DNA of 63,054 nt, filler included, from Asterionella formosa (GCA_002256025.1; 23 parts of 23 records of this genome joined end to end with filler, not necessarily neighbours in it); one strand, 5' to 3'; counted from the whole stretch's first letter, positions 34,441-46,776 are shown. Numbers and translations: made by a program. The notes: generated by a model not told the origin, from the letters alone.

Positions 34441-35069
34441 CTACGGTAGACAAAATATTTCCAGAGGAATTTGTCGTACATGATAATCCTGGTGATTCTA
34501 CGTGCGGTACCGGTACTTGATGATTTGTTGCCCCGGACTGATAACTGGTATCAGGTAACAGGTACCTGGTGAAGTATCTAACTAGAAGTACCGGTAGTAT
34601 TATTCGTTGAATATATGAGCTAATTACCGGTAATCTTTTGTACAACTTGTTTTCCCAAGTTGACATCAAAAGCATATGGAAAGGGTGTGTATTGGTGAAA
34701 GCTCCGTTGAGCGTTATACATATTTAATTTGTTTGTGAAAAGTATGTGTTTGATTAGTCTGACTCAATATTATTTTCTTAACCCTACCTCGAGCTAGGGG
34801 TTCAAATGCAGCAACCTTAAATTCGAGTTCTGATATATTTGATATAACCCTAACCCCATAAATATCTGTATCGATGTGCAGGATTGCTCACTCTCCCACA
34901 ATTGAGGTAAAAGCTTTTACCTATGAAAAGGTTTGATACAACGAATATTAATTCGTTCTGTAATATGCATAGTGGGTTGAAAAGTAACTGTACCATTGGC
35001 ATATACTTGAATAATAGTATAAGGACCTCGTCCACAATCGTCCAAAGTAGTAGGATTATCCAAAAGTAT

Positions 35070-35429
35070 TAGTAAAATCTCATCACCCACTTTGTAATCA
35101 TAAGATCGACAACGAAAATTAATGCGACGTAAGCGTTTGTCTATTATAACCTGTCAACGTTGATGTATCAATTGTAAATCTGTTATCAATGGAATATTTA
35201 AAATCATATCACGTTGAAAAACCCATGCACCTGGTGAAATACGTAATATACTATGAATAGAAGTTCGAGCTGTATATGATGCAGTTGCAAAACACGTATC
35301 CACAATATTTTGGGCTTGAAATTCATTCATTGGAGGATGAGCCTTTAACATAACTCGAAGACTATTACTGATAGACTGATGTAGACGTTCACAGATAGCA
35401 TTTGCTTGTGGATTCTTGACTGTAGTTTT
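35070..35429 (-). mobile_element. Gypsy-like integrase C-terminal fragment, degenerate and cut off by repeat Y
   Basis: KTTVKNPQANAICERLHQ...SPGAWVFQRDMIL...YDYKVGDEIL. Confidence 0.75.
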
Positions 35430-35757
35430 GATCAAAATATGATTATGTTAAAATAGTCCAATGACAATAAAGTACGATAAAATATGTATGCAAGTGTTAC
35501 CAAGACATCATAGAATATAAATCAAGCAATCATAAATTATGTTAATTAATATATATGTTTGTCGTTTAATGTATACAGTTAAAGTCAACACTTAATATGA
35601 TAGTATTATACAGTGGATAGGATCCATGTATACGGATGCGTTGATATGTACATCACTATAATATGATTTGTGATATGGATTGATGCATATCACACACCGG
35701 TATCCTCAACAACCAGCCATCACGTTCATTGTCGTGTCGTTTTTCCTTGTTATAGCT
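35428..35757 (+). repeat. Interspersed repeat segment Y; direct copy at about 50473-50801
   Basis: AT-rich block of about 330 bp, highly similar to 50473-50801. Confidence 0.92.
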
Positions 35758-35978
35758 GTATTTATACCGGTATGTGTATTGTGTAAACACTTCGCTGGCG
35801 GAACATGCATATTACACTCACTGCTCTGCACTGTTCAACAATTACTACACTCGGTTACCATCACACCAGCTGCACCTCCACAAGGGCCGCAAAAAGCTCC
35901 GCGTTTCCCTTTCACTGTTTTACATCATAGTCTTCGCTCTGGCCCTTTGACAACTTTCCAAAAGGCATTTCATGGATT

Positions 35979-37860
35979 TCATGCAAAGGATCAGTCAAAC
36001 AAAAAACTTGACTTACTTCCATCGTTTACACTACACGACTTTATGTTTTCGGAAAAGAAGATGAAGAAAATTATGAAATCAATGGAAGATTTTTTTGAAT
36101 ACATTCACTCAAAGATCAAATGAATTTGAACAGATTCATAATACTCCAGAAAAAATAATGAAGTATGCCGATACAATAGTGGCTGAGATTGAAAAGAAGG
36201 AAAGATTGCTTTCGAAGAGCCAAGGAAACCCAAACAGTTGGTCTTTGTGGATGAAGACTCTATTCGTACAGAGTCACAGATCCACCATCCAGTGTCGTAT
36301 TTTGCTCCTCATTCTCCCGAAATCGCTGATAATGAAGAAGAACTCAGTGATTCTCATTCATTTGATGAACAAAATCATGCGATGAATGAAAATATCGGCG
36401 GAAATGTGGCAGACATTTCTTCAGAAGTAGAAATGGTTGAAAAGTTGCAAAACCAAGAAACATATCTCACTATCCGTCCAGAACATCAAGATGAACATCA
36501 TGAAAGCAGAGAAACTATTGCATTTCTAAAAGAAAAGATATTCAAGAAAAAGTCCGAGCTAGATCAAGACCTCGAATTCAAGAAGATCAATGCAGACAGA
36601 GATGTGATGACCACGCTGGCTAAGGCAGTTGATGCTCTGATTAGGGAACGAAGTCAGAAACACAAAATTGAATCTTTTTCCAAATCATACATGGAAGAAA
36701 AAGAATTTCTTTGTAAAATCATTGAAAACAATCCCGAAGGCAGCTACTTTTGTGAAGAGTCAGCATTTGAAATGTGTAGAGTTATTATGCCAAAGCAAAC
36801 GGCATTTTCCTTGAGTTTGCCGAAATTGCATGGACAACTAAAATTGTGGAAAGAGATGTACACTCATACTCCACAAGAAATATGCAATTACGCCTCCGTA
36901 TTTTATGGAGTCAAAGATCTCAAAAAATCATCTTCAGATTTTAAAGATCTTGCATATTGAGACCTTGAAACATTTACCTCTATGATCCATTATATAATTC
37001 ATGAACTTCATCCAAGTGATGTAAAAGTTATATTTGATCTGGATGAGAACCCAGAAAAGGGTAATAACAATCCATATATAAACCAAGGTGATTGTCATCC
37101 ACTTCATCACGAAAGTAACTATGTGCTAATTGTGTATTGCAAAAGATCAGATGAGGAGGAAAAAAATCATTTTGTGCATTATCTTTTTGCAATAAATGAT
37201 GGATTATGTCAAGTCCGTGACCCAGGAAAAGATGCAAGTTTGGATGAACATTATGATCAAGTACTTAATTTTGCCCGTAAGTACAGGTACTGCATCATCC
37301 CCAGATGCAGAATAGAATTGGAATTGTTATGCACCAATACAGGATATCTTCCACAAGAATCCCATGTACCTGAAGAAATTGGGTTTTCGGAATCATTCTA
37401 TATCGTTGTTTGTCGTTACGCACTGTCGTTTTGTTTTGATTGTACATATCTACATGAGAACCAATGCATTTATCAATGACTACTCATTGAAGATGTGGTA
37501 TTGTGCCGTTGTTGATCGTATTTGTTGATTTGTATAGTCGTTGACAATGATGTCAATATTGCCGCCAAGCAATGCATTTCTTGTACTAACGCGCTTTGCT
37601 ACAATTCTACTACGAGTTTGTATCAGAAGCTACATGACGAATACTCAGCTAGAGAGAGTCAATAGTTCTGGAGCAGCGTGGCAATCACGCTTGCTCAGAA
37701 TGGAATGATCAGGGTTGCTTGTTTGGTGGGCAGCGGAGAGGAATGACTGTGGCGGAAATACTGCTACTGGTGTCAGGCTACTACAGCGATGCGCATGGTT
37801 GCAGAAACCAGACCATTTACGCTACATAACGATGTAGGTCAAGATTGGGTTCAGCTTTTC
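35979..37860 (+). pseudogene. Long disrupted ORF of a putative large transposon; may contain a degenerate Ulp1-like peptidase and a Cys-rich region
   Basis: 36238-36960 and 36982-37479 are in the same frame, separated by one TGA. NHFVHYLFAINDGLCQVRDPG...LPQ is weakly Ulp1-like. Cys pairs continue to the contig end. Confidence 0.4.
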
Positions 37861-38472
37861 NNNNNNNNNNNNNNNNNNNNNNNNNNNNNNNNNNNNNNNN
37901 NNNNTTAATTAATTAANNNNNNNNNNNNNNNNNNNNNNNNNNNNNNNNNNNNNNNNNNNNAATCCTGTGCCACCAGAAATTCATCGTGCAAGAGGACGTA
38001 GGGAATCAATGGATGTTTCAGAGACCATGGCTTATCTTGGAAGGAGTCGCTTCAATCTTCCTCATCGATCCGTCGTAGATAGGCCAGCGAGAAAGCGCGG
38101 AAATCGAAAGGCATCAGGACGAGCACATAGATAAGCACTGCAAATATGGTTTGAGGGTCATGAGGGAAGTCAGCCTGTGAGTTGTTGACTGTGCCAAGCT
38201 GGTTCACGAGAGAGTTCAACATCAACCATTTTAGATTAGGAAAACTAGTCCATTTTAGCAGGGATCATATGGCTCAATATTCTGATCAAGCAATTACTGA
38301 AATGCTTAATTCACACTTACTGGTAGGTAGGCAAATCGGTTCCGGTATCGTACCAGCGGTTATTTCCTTTTTGCTTTGTTATCTACAGCCAGCAGAGGGT
38401 ACTAAGTACCGTAAGGTGCCACGTAACGTTTTGATCATATTTTAGGTTCTACTCTGGGTACCTGGTGCCAGA

Positions 38473-38558
38473 GGGAGTTACGGTAAAAGACGGTTCTCAC
38501 TATGAGGAATTTAGCTCTGTTTTCTTCATAGTGAAAACCGTCTTTTACCGGAACACCC
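38473..38558. repeat. Hairpin of about 86 bp, or a tiny MITE
   Basis: Arms CGGTAAAAGACGGTTCTCACTATGAGGAA and TTCTTCATAGTGAAAACCGTCTTTTACCG, with outer GGG...CCC. Confidence 0.8.
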
Positions 38559-39332
38559 TGGTACCAGCAATTTGCGGTAATTTTGCTTAAACTAAAGATT
38601 TTGCTTTCTTTATCTTATATTAAATTGTTTATTTAAGCAAAATGACTGCAACTTGCAGGTACTCGAAGTACTGGTACCTACGTTTCAATGATGTTTCAAT
38701 GCTATTGGAGTGAGTACTGGTACCAGGTACCCTGGTACTACTGGTAGACTACTGATAGTGTATTGATTTGAACAAACCTGGAACCAGGTACCGGTAGTCA
38801 CAAAATTATGTCAAAATCATATGTATGTACATAGCGGTGGTATGTACGGCAGAAGCAAGATTTGAACAACCCAACCAAGACAAAAGGGAAAATACCGGTA
38901 CATTGTTTCTAGTACATGTGTATTCATAGAAACAATGTACAGTACGTATTTTGTTTCTACTAGACCTATTTTACCGGTACCAGGGTACCTGTATGTGCAT
39001 ATACCAGTATATAAAGGGAAAAGAGATGCTAAATTATTTTGACCGGCGAGTGAAACATTGCAGCAGCACATATGGAAGCATTGGAACGGTCACTCTCTCT
39101 TTCTCTGCATACCAGTAGTCCTCCTTGGATTGGAGTATTCGTTCACTGAGGCATGTAAGTCTTTGGAAGGAAATCGGAGAAAAATGGAGACCCCTCGCTT
39201 AGAAATCGCAGAACGAAAAAAATAATATATATATACCGGGTATATCTGTTTCACCAGCACTAAACCAAATTAAGATGACTTTGTGTGTGCTTGCATGATG
39301 GGCTCACATATTTCTCTCGCGCGTGCAGAAGC

Positions 39333-39543
39333 ATGTCTCCTCCAGCGGTACTAGCTCCGTCACCAGTGTCAGCTGCCTTTGTAGACATTCAGAACTGTCA
39401 ACTCGACAAACTTCGACTAACCGCTCCCGAAAAAGCAACTTTACGAGCTGCCGAAGATAATCCAATAGAATACACGCTCGCCAAAGGAGACGAAGCAAAG
39501 GCTTGTGCTCGCGTGTTGATCAAGGTATTGGCGCAAGCGTCTG
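39333..39543 (+). CDS. N-terminus of a host gene, 3'-truncated; tentatively V-ATPase subunit H-like
   Basis: MSPPAVLAPSPVSAAFVD...AKACARVLIKVLAQAS is open to the contig end with coding-like composition. The product guess is weak. Confidence 0.45.
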
Positions 39544-39929
39544 NNNNNNNNNNNNNNNNNNNNNNNNNNNNNNNNNNNNNNNNNNNNTTAATTAATTAAN
39601 NNNNNNNNNNNNNNNNNNNNNNNNNNNNNNNNNNNNNNNNNNNATATATATATATGCATCACGATTGAAATGAGCGTGACGTCAGTGTGGAAAATGGAGC
39701 TGTAGTATATTACCGGCAAATGTATTGAGTCTATGATGGATGGGTGGAAACAAACAAAGTCGTGGTTGATTTTTCTGCACCAAACGAATCGATTTACTAG
39801 ATTGGCAAAATAGGAATGAGCGATGTGGTGACTTTCATTTTTCAATGGACTCGACAGACGACTACATACCGGTATGTATGTAGGGGTACACACCAGCTTG
39901 TATAATAACAGTGGTAAAAAAAGTGATTT

Positions 39930-41024
39930 TTAAATTGTTGGAATTGTTTTGAGAGCATCCAAATCCTGTTGTTCGTCGGCAGACAATGCACCTATTCCTA
40001 GACCAACTCGTACTCTCCACTCATTTCGAATATTCTCCATTCTTTGATAATACGTTTTATGAAAGTCTCCTTCCTTCTTTGGATTATATGTCAAAAATAC
40101 GGCGCGTCTCGGGAATGCAGAATTATTGGCGGACGACCTATGCGGCATCCATCCATCAAAAACCACAATATCTCCTGCTTTGCACACAACATCCTCAAAG
40201 TCTAACGAGTCTGACGATACCAAAGCGCCTGCTCGTCCTCCCGCATCAGGATTTCCACCTTTTTCTGGTTCCACCACTTCACAATGGTTTTCCCGCGTCC
40301 ATGCGCCCCTCACAACCCTTAGACACCCATTCTTGGCTGTCATCGTATCAATTGCTACCATGACAGTTACAAAGGTCTGCGGACCGTCCTCCCCAAGAGC
40401 CACATTCAAGGAAGGTGTGTCTAAATGAGGGGCGAACCCTGCGCCTCCAGGAGGTTTGAGATTGAGTTTTTCCTTGTAAAGAACCATCTCTTCCCCCAGA
40501 AGTGTAGCAACACAGGTAGCAATGTATCCCCGACACAAATCACTCCACTCCTCGTGATCATCGACGAAATTCTCCAGCCTTGTCAGCGCCCTTCTATCCT
40601 CTATTTTTCCATGCGCTAGCATCACCCTGATGGATTCGTACGTTCGATCCGCTTGTCGCTTGCCCCAGACAAGCTCATCGGTGAGGCGGCGCATTAACTG
40701 GGCGGGGACGGAAAGGGTATTTGGTAGAATGCAAATGGAATCGCTCGCGTACGTGCGAGCAAGCTGACTGGAGCAGAAAATCGATTCTATTCGCTCTTTA
40801 GACAAGCTAGGAATGGCATCAGATGCTTCCTGTATGTCGTGTTCATCAACGGCGTGCATTATTTTATTGATCGACTGTGATGGCAACCCGAGCATTTCAG
40901 AAAGTGCTTCATCGGCGCTATCTACGTCGTCGTCCACTCCTTCGACTTGTTCTTCCATGGGTAGAGGCACGTTGGAGTTAAACTCGAATCCTAGATGACG
41001 GAAAGATAGTACCATAGTATGCAC
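39930..41024 (-). CDS. PhyH-family Fe(II)/2-oxoglutarate dioxygenase (start uncertain)
   Basis: LYKEKLNLKPPGGAGFAPHLD (HxD), VAIDTMTAKNGCL, GDIVVFDGWMPHRSSAN (distal His) and RRAVFLTYN. Confidence 0.9.
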   Translation of the reverse strand: MHTMVLSFRHLGFEFNSNVPLPMEEQVEGVDDDVDSADEALSEMLGLPSQSINKIMHAVDEHDIQEASDAIPSLSKERIESIFCSSQLARTYASDSICILPNTLSVPAQLMRRLTDELVWGKRQADRTYESIRVMLAHGKIEDRRALTRLENFVDDHEEWSDLCRGYIATCVATLLGEEMVLYKEKLNLKPPGGAGFAPHLDTPSLNVALGEDGPQTFVTVMVAIDTMTAKNGCLRVVRGAWTRENHCEVVEPEKGGNPDAGGRAGALVSSDSLDFEDVVCKAGDIVVFDGWMPHRSSANNSAFPRRAVFLTYNPKKEGDFHKTYYQRMENIRNEWRVRVGLGIGALSADEQQDLDALKTIPTI

Positions 41025-41328
41025 ACGCGATCAGTCATTGGTCTCCTCACCTTAATAACATCATATCGACGAAATGCGGGAAGGATGCGCATGGGCCTGT
41101 AATTATGTTGTATACTATAAGAAACACTTACCGGTACCACGGGCCAATGCCCCGACGGGTAGGGCAGACCGCGTACTGGTCAAGAATTTTTTTTGCTGCA
41201 CACAGGTTTTTAGTCAGTGAAAGTCTNNNNNNNNNNNNNNNNNNNNNNNNNNNNNNNNNNNNNNNNNNNNTTAATTAATTAANNNNNNNNNNNNNNNNNN
41301 NNNNNNNNNNNNNNNNNNNNNNNNNNGG

Positions 41329-41535
41329 GATTTTGATCCCAATGACCCATTTTCAGTTTTGGGTATTCACCAAAGTGCAACCAAGAGTGAGATTGCAGCG
41401 GCCTTTCGTCGCGAGATGCTGAAACACCACCCTGATGTTCAGACTGGAGCTACTGATGCTGCCAAGGAGCGTGCCATAGAGAGATCCAAAATCATAACTG
41501 CTGCTTACCAACAACTCAAGAAGCAAACAAAGTAG
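41329..41535 (+). CDS. C-terminal J-domain of a DnaJ-family protein, 5'-truncated
   Basis: DPFSVLGIHQSATKSEIAAAFRREMLKHHPD...IITAAYQQLKK*, with the HPD motif. Not listed in the ORF track. Confidence 0.9.
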   Translation, partial: DFDPNDPFSVLGIHQSATKSEIAAAFRREMLKHHPDVQTGATDAAKERAIERSKIITAAYQQLKKQTK

Positions 41536-43008
41536 CATGATTGGATTTCAATTATCATTTTGTCATGTTGCTATTGATAATTAATGACTTTTGATGATAT
41601 TGAGCTCTTTCTTGATTTATTCAGTGCTGCAAGGTTACTTGGGTCTATTATGTCCCTTTGTGCTCAGAGTTGCTATTGTTCGTGTCAAATAAGCCATGCA
41701 AGTCCAGTAGCAACAATATGAAGTCCATTTTGACTCATTGATGGAATACAGAAATAAGAACAGCTATGTCTAAGCGAAGCAAACTTCACAGAAGTTGAAA
41801 ATATGAATATCCTCAAGAGCTGATGGTGTACAAAACTTAAAAAGAGTTGTGCATCTTGTTATGCCATGTATTATTGTGCATGTGCAATACCAAAATATGA
41901 ATGGATTTACCATCATCAACATCATGTGCAGGTACCAGTGTAGTCGAGATAGACTGCAACTGGTGCATCTTAATTATATTCAGGTTCAATAGTAAAGTAA
42001 TTGCTGGTACCAGTGTATTAACCATGTCAAGACATAAAACGTAAAGCAAAATAGATTTGATTAAGATGTATGATTCACTCTATAGTTGCTATACTTACAG
42101 TCTTGACTAGAATGGTGCTGGTATTACCGGTTAACTATTACTCCCTCTGTCTGGCAGCAGTTGTGGATATTTGCAGTATCTCAAGTTACATTTTATTTTT
42201 AGGATGGATTGCATTGAAACTTGCCAGATATCTATACACGAAGAAGCCTACTTGATTTATCTAGAGATGCCTAAGTATTAACTCTCATTCACTAATTAAA
42301 TTATTTACATAGATCAATCTAACATTTTATGTTCGTTGGGTACTGGATGCACAAATATTTGCAGGAAAGAGAATGAATCAGAGCAAGCCGCACAATAGGG
42401 CAATTGAGCCGGAGAAAATCGTAGGAGTCGAAATGGCCCCGGATAAATTTGAATTATCGATGCAACTGTTACTAGACAGAGGGGGGTACCAGGTACCCTG
42501 GTATTACTTGTAAAAATCAACCCAGGTTGTATTTTTCTGTAGGCCTCAAGTATCGTTCTACTGCGGATGGTAAAATACCTTGACGGTATTTTTCCGTACT
42601 TGATCACGAGAAAATACAGTATTGTACAACAAAGAAAAAATCAACCCGGTTGCATTGACGGTTGATTTTGTACTCCCTTTTTGGTTGAAAAATCAACTCT
42701 GATTAGTCGTAGAAAGGCCGGGATGTGCGTGATGATGCATAAAAATATGCACATGAAGCAAGATGGTTGTACCGGTACCATGTACCAGGTACCTGGTATC
42801 AGGGTACTCAGCATACCGGCAAGTTGCGGTAATTTTGCTAAACGAGCAGTATCCAAACTTTAGTGCTACATACGTCATCGTGCTGGCAATAGTGATTCCA
42901 ATTCCAAANNNNNNNNNNNNNNNNNNNNNNNNNNNNNNNNNNNNNNNNNNNNTTAATTAATTAANNNNNNNNNNNNNNNNNNNNNNNNNNNNNNNNNNNN
43001 NNNNNNNN

Positions 43009-43790
43009 GATAGCCGTCCACTGCCCCAGGATTAGTGGGCTTGAACTTGACCACGAAGTCAATTCCTTCCTTGCTGCTCAATGATCCTTCCGAAGGAACA
43101 ACAGTGAAATCACCTGGAGTTTCCGAAGTAAGGCCGCCCGAAAATCAGCGTATCCCATGAACTCATTCTTTAGATTGAATTCGTGAATTCGGATCTGACC
43201 AATGCGGGAGACGAGCTCAATAGTTTGCTATCCGGGACAACAGCACCAAATGCTTTCTCAAAATCGAAATCCTGTAGTTTTGCGAGAGACCTCGAGTTAG
43301 ATATTGCATAACAACTGATCAAAAATTAAATAATTCTAAGTCAATCTTTAATGACCATACCTGATTCCTCTGAACTCCAAACTTGGCAAGAGCCCGCCAG
43401 TCTTCTTCGGTGGACACGGAGTCAAAACTTTCAGTCAGTTCCCTGTGCGCATTCTTCTTTCGGCGGAGTTCCTGCTGGTTCATCCAGTTCTACATTTGCT
43501 GCGCCCGAACTACTTCTACTCCTTTTTCAATCAAGTTAGAAGCGTATCCCGTCGAGGTACCCCATGCGTTCTTGGCACTCATCGTCTTGGACTTCGCGAA
43601 GGAAGGGGACACGTCACTTCCAAACTTCTCGAGACCTTTCTTACCATCTCCAGCCACACCCATTTGGCCATCACCTCCATCGAATTCATCTCCAAAGTCA
43701 GCATATTTGTCCCACTTTGCAGGTCCGAAACGATCAATATCTTCCTTCTTTTGATTGGTAACTTCTTTCTTGGTTCCTTCAATGTGAAGG
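43009..43790 (-). pseudogene. Disrupted copy of a host protein gene of unknown function, with an intron at 43272-43360
   Basis: DFGDEFDGGDGQMGVAGDG...SAKNAWGTSTGYA...RAQQM*NWMNQQE with an in-frame TAG; GTATGG...CTACAG intron; frameshifts in the next exon. Confidence 0.55.
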
Positions 43791-44761
43791 CAGACACAGT
43801 AGTGATTCTCATGATGCCATACATGTATATTTCGTGTCAAGGAAAAGATTTTTTGTGGATCGCACCACAGGATGAGGCCAGCAAAGGATTGTTGGTACAT
43901 TTACCGGTGTGTACTACCATGGTACCGGTACCAAGTACCAGGTAGTTCAATGACAAGACAGCAACATCGCTCAAACTGCGGGAAAAACTAACTAATTCCC
44001 AAATGGGAATCATAATATTTCATTTATATAACTAGTCTAATAGAAATATTTTACTTTTTTTAAAATCGTTTTGTCATCCTACGTCACAGTAGATGGGTGG
44101 TTGACAGCATTTAGGATTTCCCAAAAACCGATAGCATCGTTTTTTCGTCAGTTGACCAAAACCAAAACCAATCCAAAAAAAAGTTTTTGGGTTTTGGTTT
44201 GGGTCAACGGTTAGCAACGGCCTTAGTATCCTCTAAAATTTATTTAATATGGCAACGACGTCATTGCGCTTTCACTCGTGCGCCATAATAAAGAGATAAA
44301 TTCAGTAATGGAAAACGTCAAATAGGAATTCCTAACCCTAACCACGACACAACAGAACATCAATGCGCCCACAGAGACTGCCACTCTCCCTCCTGATGAG
44401 TTAAACCTCCAAACTGGCTTTGCTGGAACAATTGTTGGAATAATTAACGAGTTTTGTAAACGTGAGTATGTGCGAAATGGAATCAACCAGCAGGAGGCCC
44501 AAGCTAGAAAGAGAAAGGAGACAGCGGATTCACACATTGAGGGACACAAGAAGAGGATAACAGCAGGACTACTGGCCTCTGCACAAACCTNNNNNNNNNN
44601 NNNNNNNNNNNNNNNNNNNNNNNNNNNNNNNNNNTTAATTAATTAANNNNNNNNNNNNNNNNNNNNNNNNNNNNNNNNNNNNNNNNNNNNTTTTCACATT
44701 TCCCTATCGCAGCGAAACACATCACATCGCCCCCTTCGATAACCCACCCATAACGAACAGA

Positions 44762-45364
44762 ATGCGCTCATTCCTCGTTTTCCTCGTTCTCTTGTTCGCC
44801 ACTGTTTTTTCTCAGGAAGATGATGGTGCTGCTCCTTGCAATTGTGACGCCGCTGTCGCAGAAGCCGCGTCCCTCTCCAATCAGGCCAAGGCAACACTTG
44901 AGCACCAAGTTAGTGAACTTTCCAACAAGATCGCTGCGACTGTTGAAGAGTTAACGCGCTGCCACAGCGACTCCGCCTCTAAATCGGCAATTCTAGTGAC
45001 AGAACAAGAGGAACTGCAGACCAAGATTGCGAGTCTCCAAGCGGAAAAGGCTACTCTTGAGGCTACTGCTAACAAGGTACCGACACTTGAGGGGGAGCTG
45101 GCATCATTGAATAAGGAGTTGGAGGGAAAGAAGGCCGAGGTGGAATCTGCCAAGGTAAGCGCAGCAATGAGCGCGAAAGAAAATAAGCTCATGTTGGAAA
45201 AGGCGCAGACAATGGGCAAGGAAGCCGTAGAAACCCTGGCGTCTACTAAGGCAGAGCTGGCTGAACTTCAAGTCAAGTCAAGTGGATACTTCAACTTTGG
45301 AAAGGTCAAGGATGATATCATATCTTTCATCAACAAGCTGACTGGAAAGTCTCCAGAACTCTAA
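44762..45364 (+). CDS. Secretory-pathway coiled-coil protein (200 aa) with a signal peptide and C-terminal SPEL
   Basis: MRSFLVFLVLLFATVFSQE signal peptide, CNC, then a heptad-rich body. Confidence 0.8.
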   Translation: MRSFLVFLVLLFATVFSQEDDGAAPCNCDAAVAEAASLSNQAKATLEHQVSELSNKIAATVEELTRCHSDSASKSAILVTEQEELQTKIASLQAEKATLEATANKVPTLEGELASLNKELEGKKAEVESAKVSAAMSAKENKLMLEKAQTMGKEAVETLASTKAELAELQVKSSGYFNFGKVKDDIISFINKLTGKSPEL

Positions 45365-45787
45365 ACGTCTTTTCGTCATGTGGATGTGTGCTGGTTTAAC
45401 TTGTTCATGAATTTATAATATTCATTTTCAATAGTAGCAACACAAGTAGGACGTAAATCAGAAAGTCAGCATCAGTATTTTCTTCGTCGCACTCATATAA
45501 AACAAATTACGTGGTGTCTACTCATAGACAATGGGCCGTCGTCCATTTAATCTTCGTCAAATGAGATCAATGGAAATGTGCACCTGCGTAATTGTCGAGG
45601 ATGAGACCATTCGAAGGGGAGAAAATAAGATCGGCCCGACTAAGTAAGAGCAGCTGTATTGTGTGTAGCAAACAATGTGAAACTCATGCATATTTGGCCC
45701 GATCAGAGAGGAATGAATAAGCGAAGAACGCTTTCGGACCTCACGTTTTGATTGCATTTCTGTTTAGTGCTGGGCTGTATACGAATT

Positions 45788-46147
45788 TCAAGTACGCCCT
45801 GTGTCACTCCACGTAATATGAAAGACGCCATCCGTCACGAGCTGGTCGTTACGGACTAAACCCAAATAAAAGTAGATCCAAGCTAAATTTCCTTTTTTTG
45901 TTTCTCGCTGTTCTCGTTTGTACAAAGTGCCTTCTCCTTCCACCTGATCCATGAGCTTTAAGATTCTGTCATCGATTTCGTAGACTTGCCCCGTCACCTC
46001 CAAGAAACCAGATTTCACCGCTGGATACCAATCTAGCATATACAAATTGCAATTTGAAATGGTATCATCGCAAACAAATGTTGCTCCCTCCAGATGGTAA
46101 TGCAATCTGCCACCACGTTTGAGGGTTCCATAGACGAACAACAGCAT
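45788..46147 (-). CDS. Gamma-glutamylcyclotransferase (GGCT/AIG2-like) protein
   Basis: LFVYGTLKRG, YPA, VTGQVYEID, MDQVEG..LYKR and AWIYFY. Confidence 0.92.
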   Translation of the reverse strand: MLLFVYGTLKRGGRLHYHLEGATFVCDDTISNCNLYMLDWYPAVKSGFLEVTGQVYEIDDRILKLMDQVEGEGTLYKREQRETKKGNLAWIYFYLGLVRNDQLVTDGVFHITWSDTGRT

Positions 46148-46371
46148 GTCGGGTCGGATCTTCGAGGAAAATGATGTTGTTATAAAACTAAATACCTGTC
46201 GGAAGTCCCGGTACTGGTTGGTACTCCGTACCTGGTTCTGGTATAATTATCAAGGTGGAGGACTGATGTCTNNNNNNNNNNNNNNNNNNNNNNNNNNNNN
46301 NNNNNNNNNNNNNNNTTAATTAATTAANNNNNNNNNNNNNNNNNNNNNNNNNNNNNNNNNNNNNNNNNNNN

Positions 46372-46606
46372 CGTTTTGGTCGGCATCCAACTGGAGGTCT
46401 GCCAAACTCAACCGAGACCGACGTTTACGTTTGCGCGTATCAAGTTCTACAATGTTTTCTGGCTCGTCAATGGCATCCACGCGATTGGGTCGAGTCACAT
46501 GCTGGCGTTCGCGACCACTGTTGTCGTCTTGCGTTGGACTGGCATCGGCAGGTCCAATGGAAGCGAGACCGAGAAAGAGGGTAGCCAAGCAGTAAATCTT
46601 CTTCAT
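46372..46606 (-). CDS. N-terminus of a secreted protein, 3'-truncated
   Basis: MKKIYCLATLFLGLASIGPADA signal-peptide-like start; frame open to the contig end. Confidence 0.55.
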
Positions 46607-46744
46607 GATGGAACCAACGTTTCGTGCTTGTCTTTGAAAACCCCCTGCGCGACGATTGAATGTCGTTGTGTCTCGCTGCGTATCAACTAATTCAGGAAGT
46701 AGTAATGATTGACTTGACAGAGGCTTGTCTACAAACAGAAACAG

Positions 46745-46776
46745 GAGCAGCAACAGCAGCAGCAGCAGCAGCAGCA
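46745..46776. repeat. (CAG)n microsatellite
   Basis: gagcagcaacagcagcagcagcagcagcagcag. Confidence 0.9.

Noticed and set aside
34778..34857. AACCCTA motifs as a telomere or piggyBac end (also 22404)
   Set aside because: Only one or two units, internal position, and no matching AGGGTTAA partner end found.
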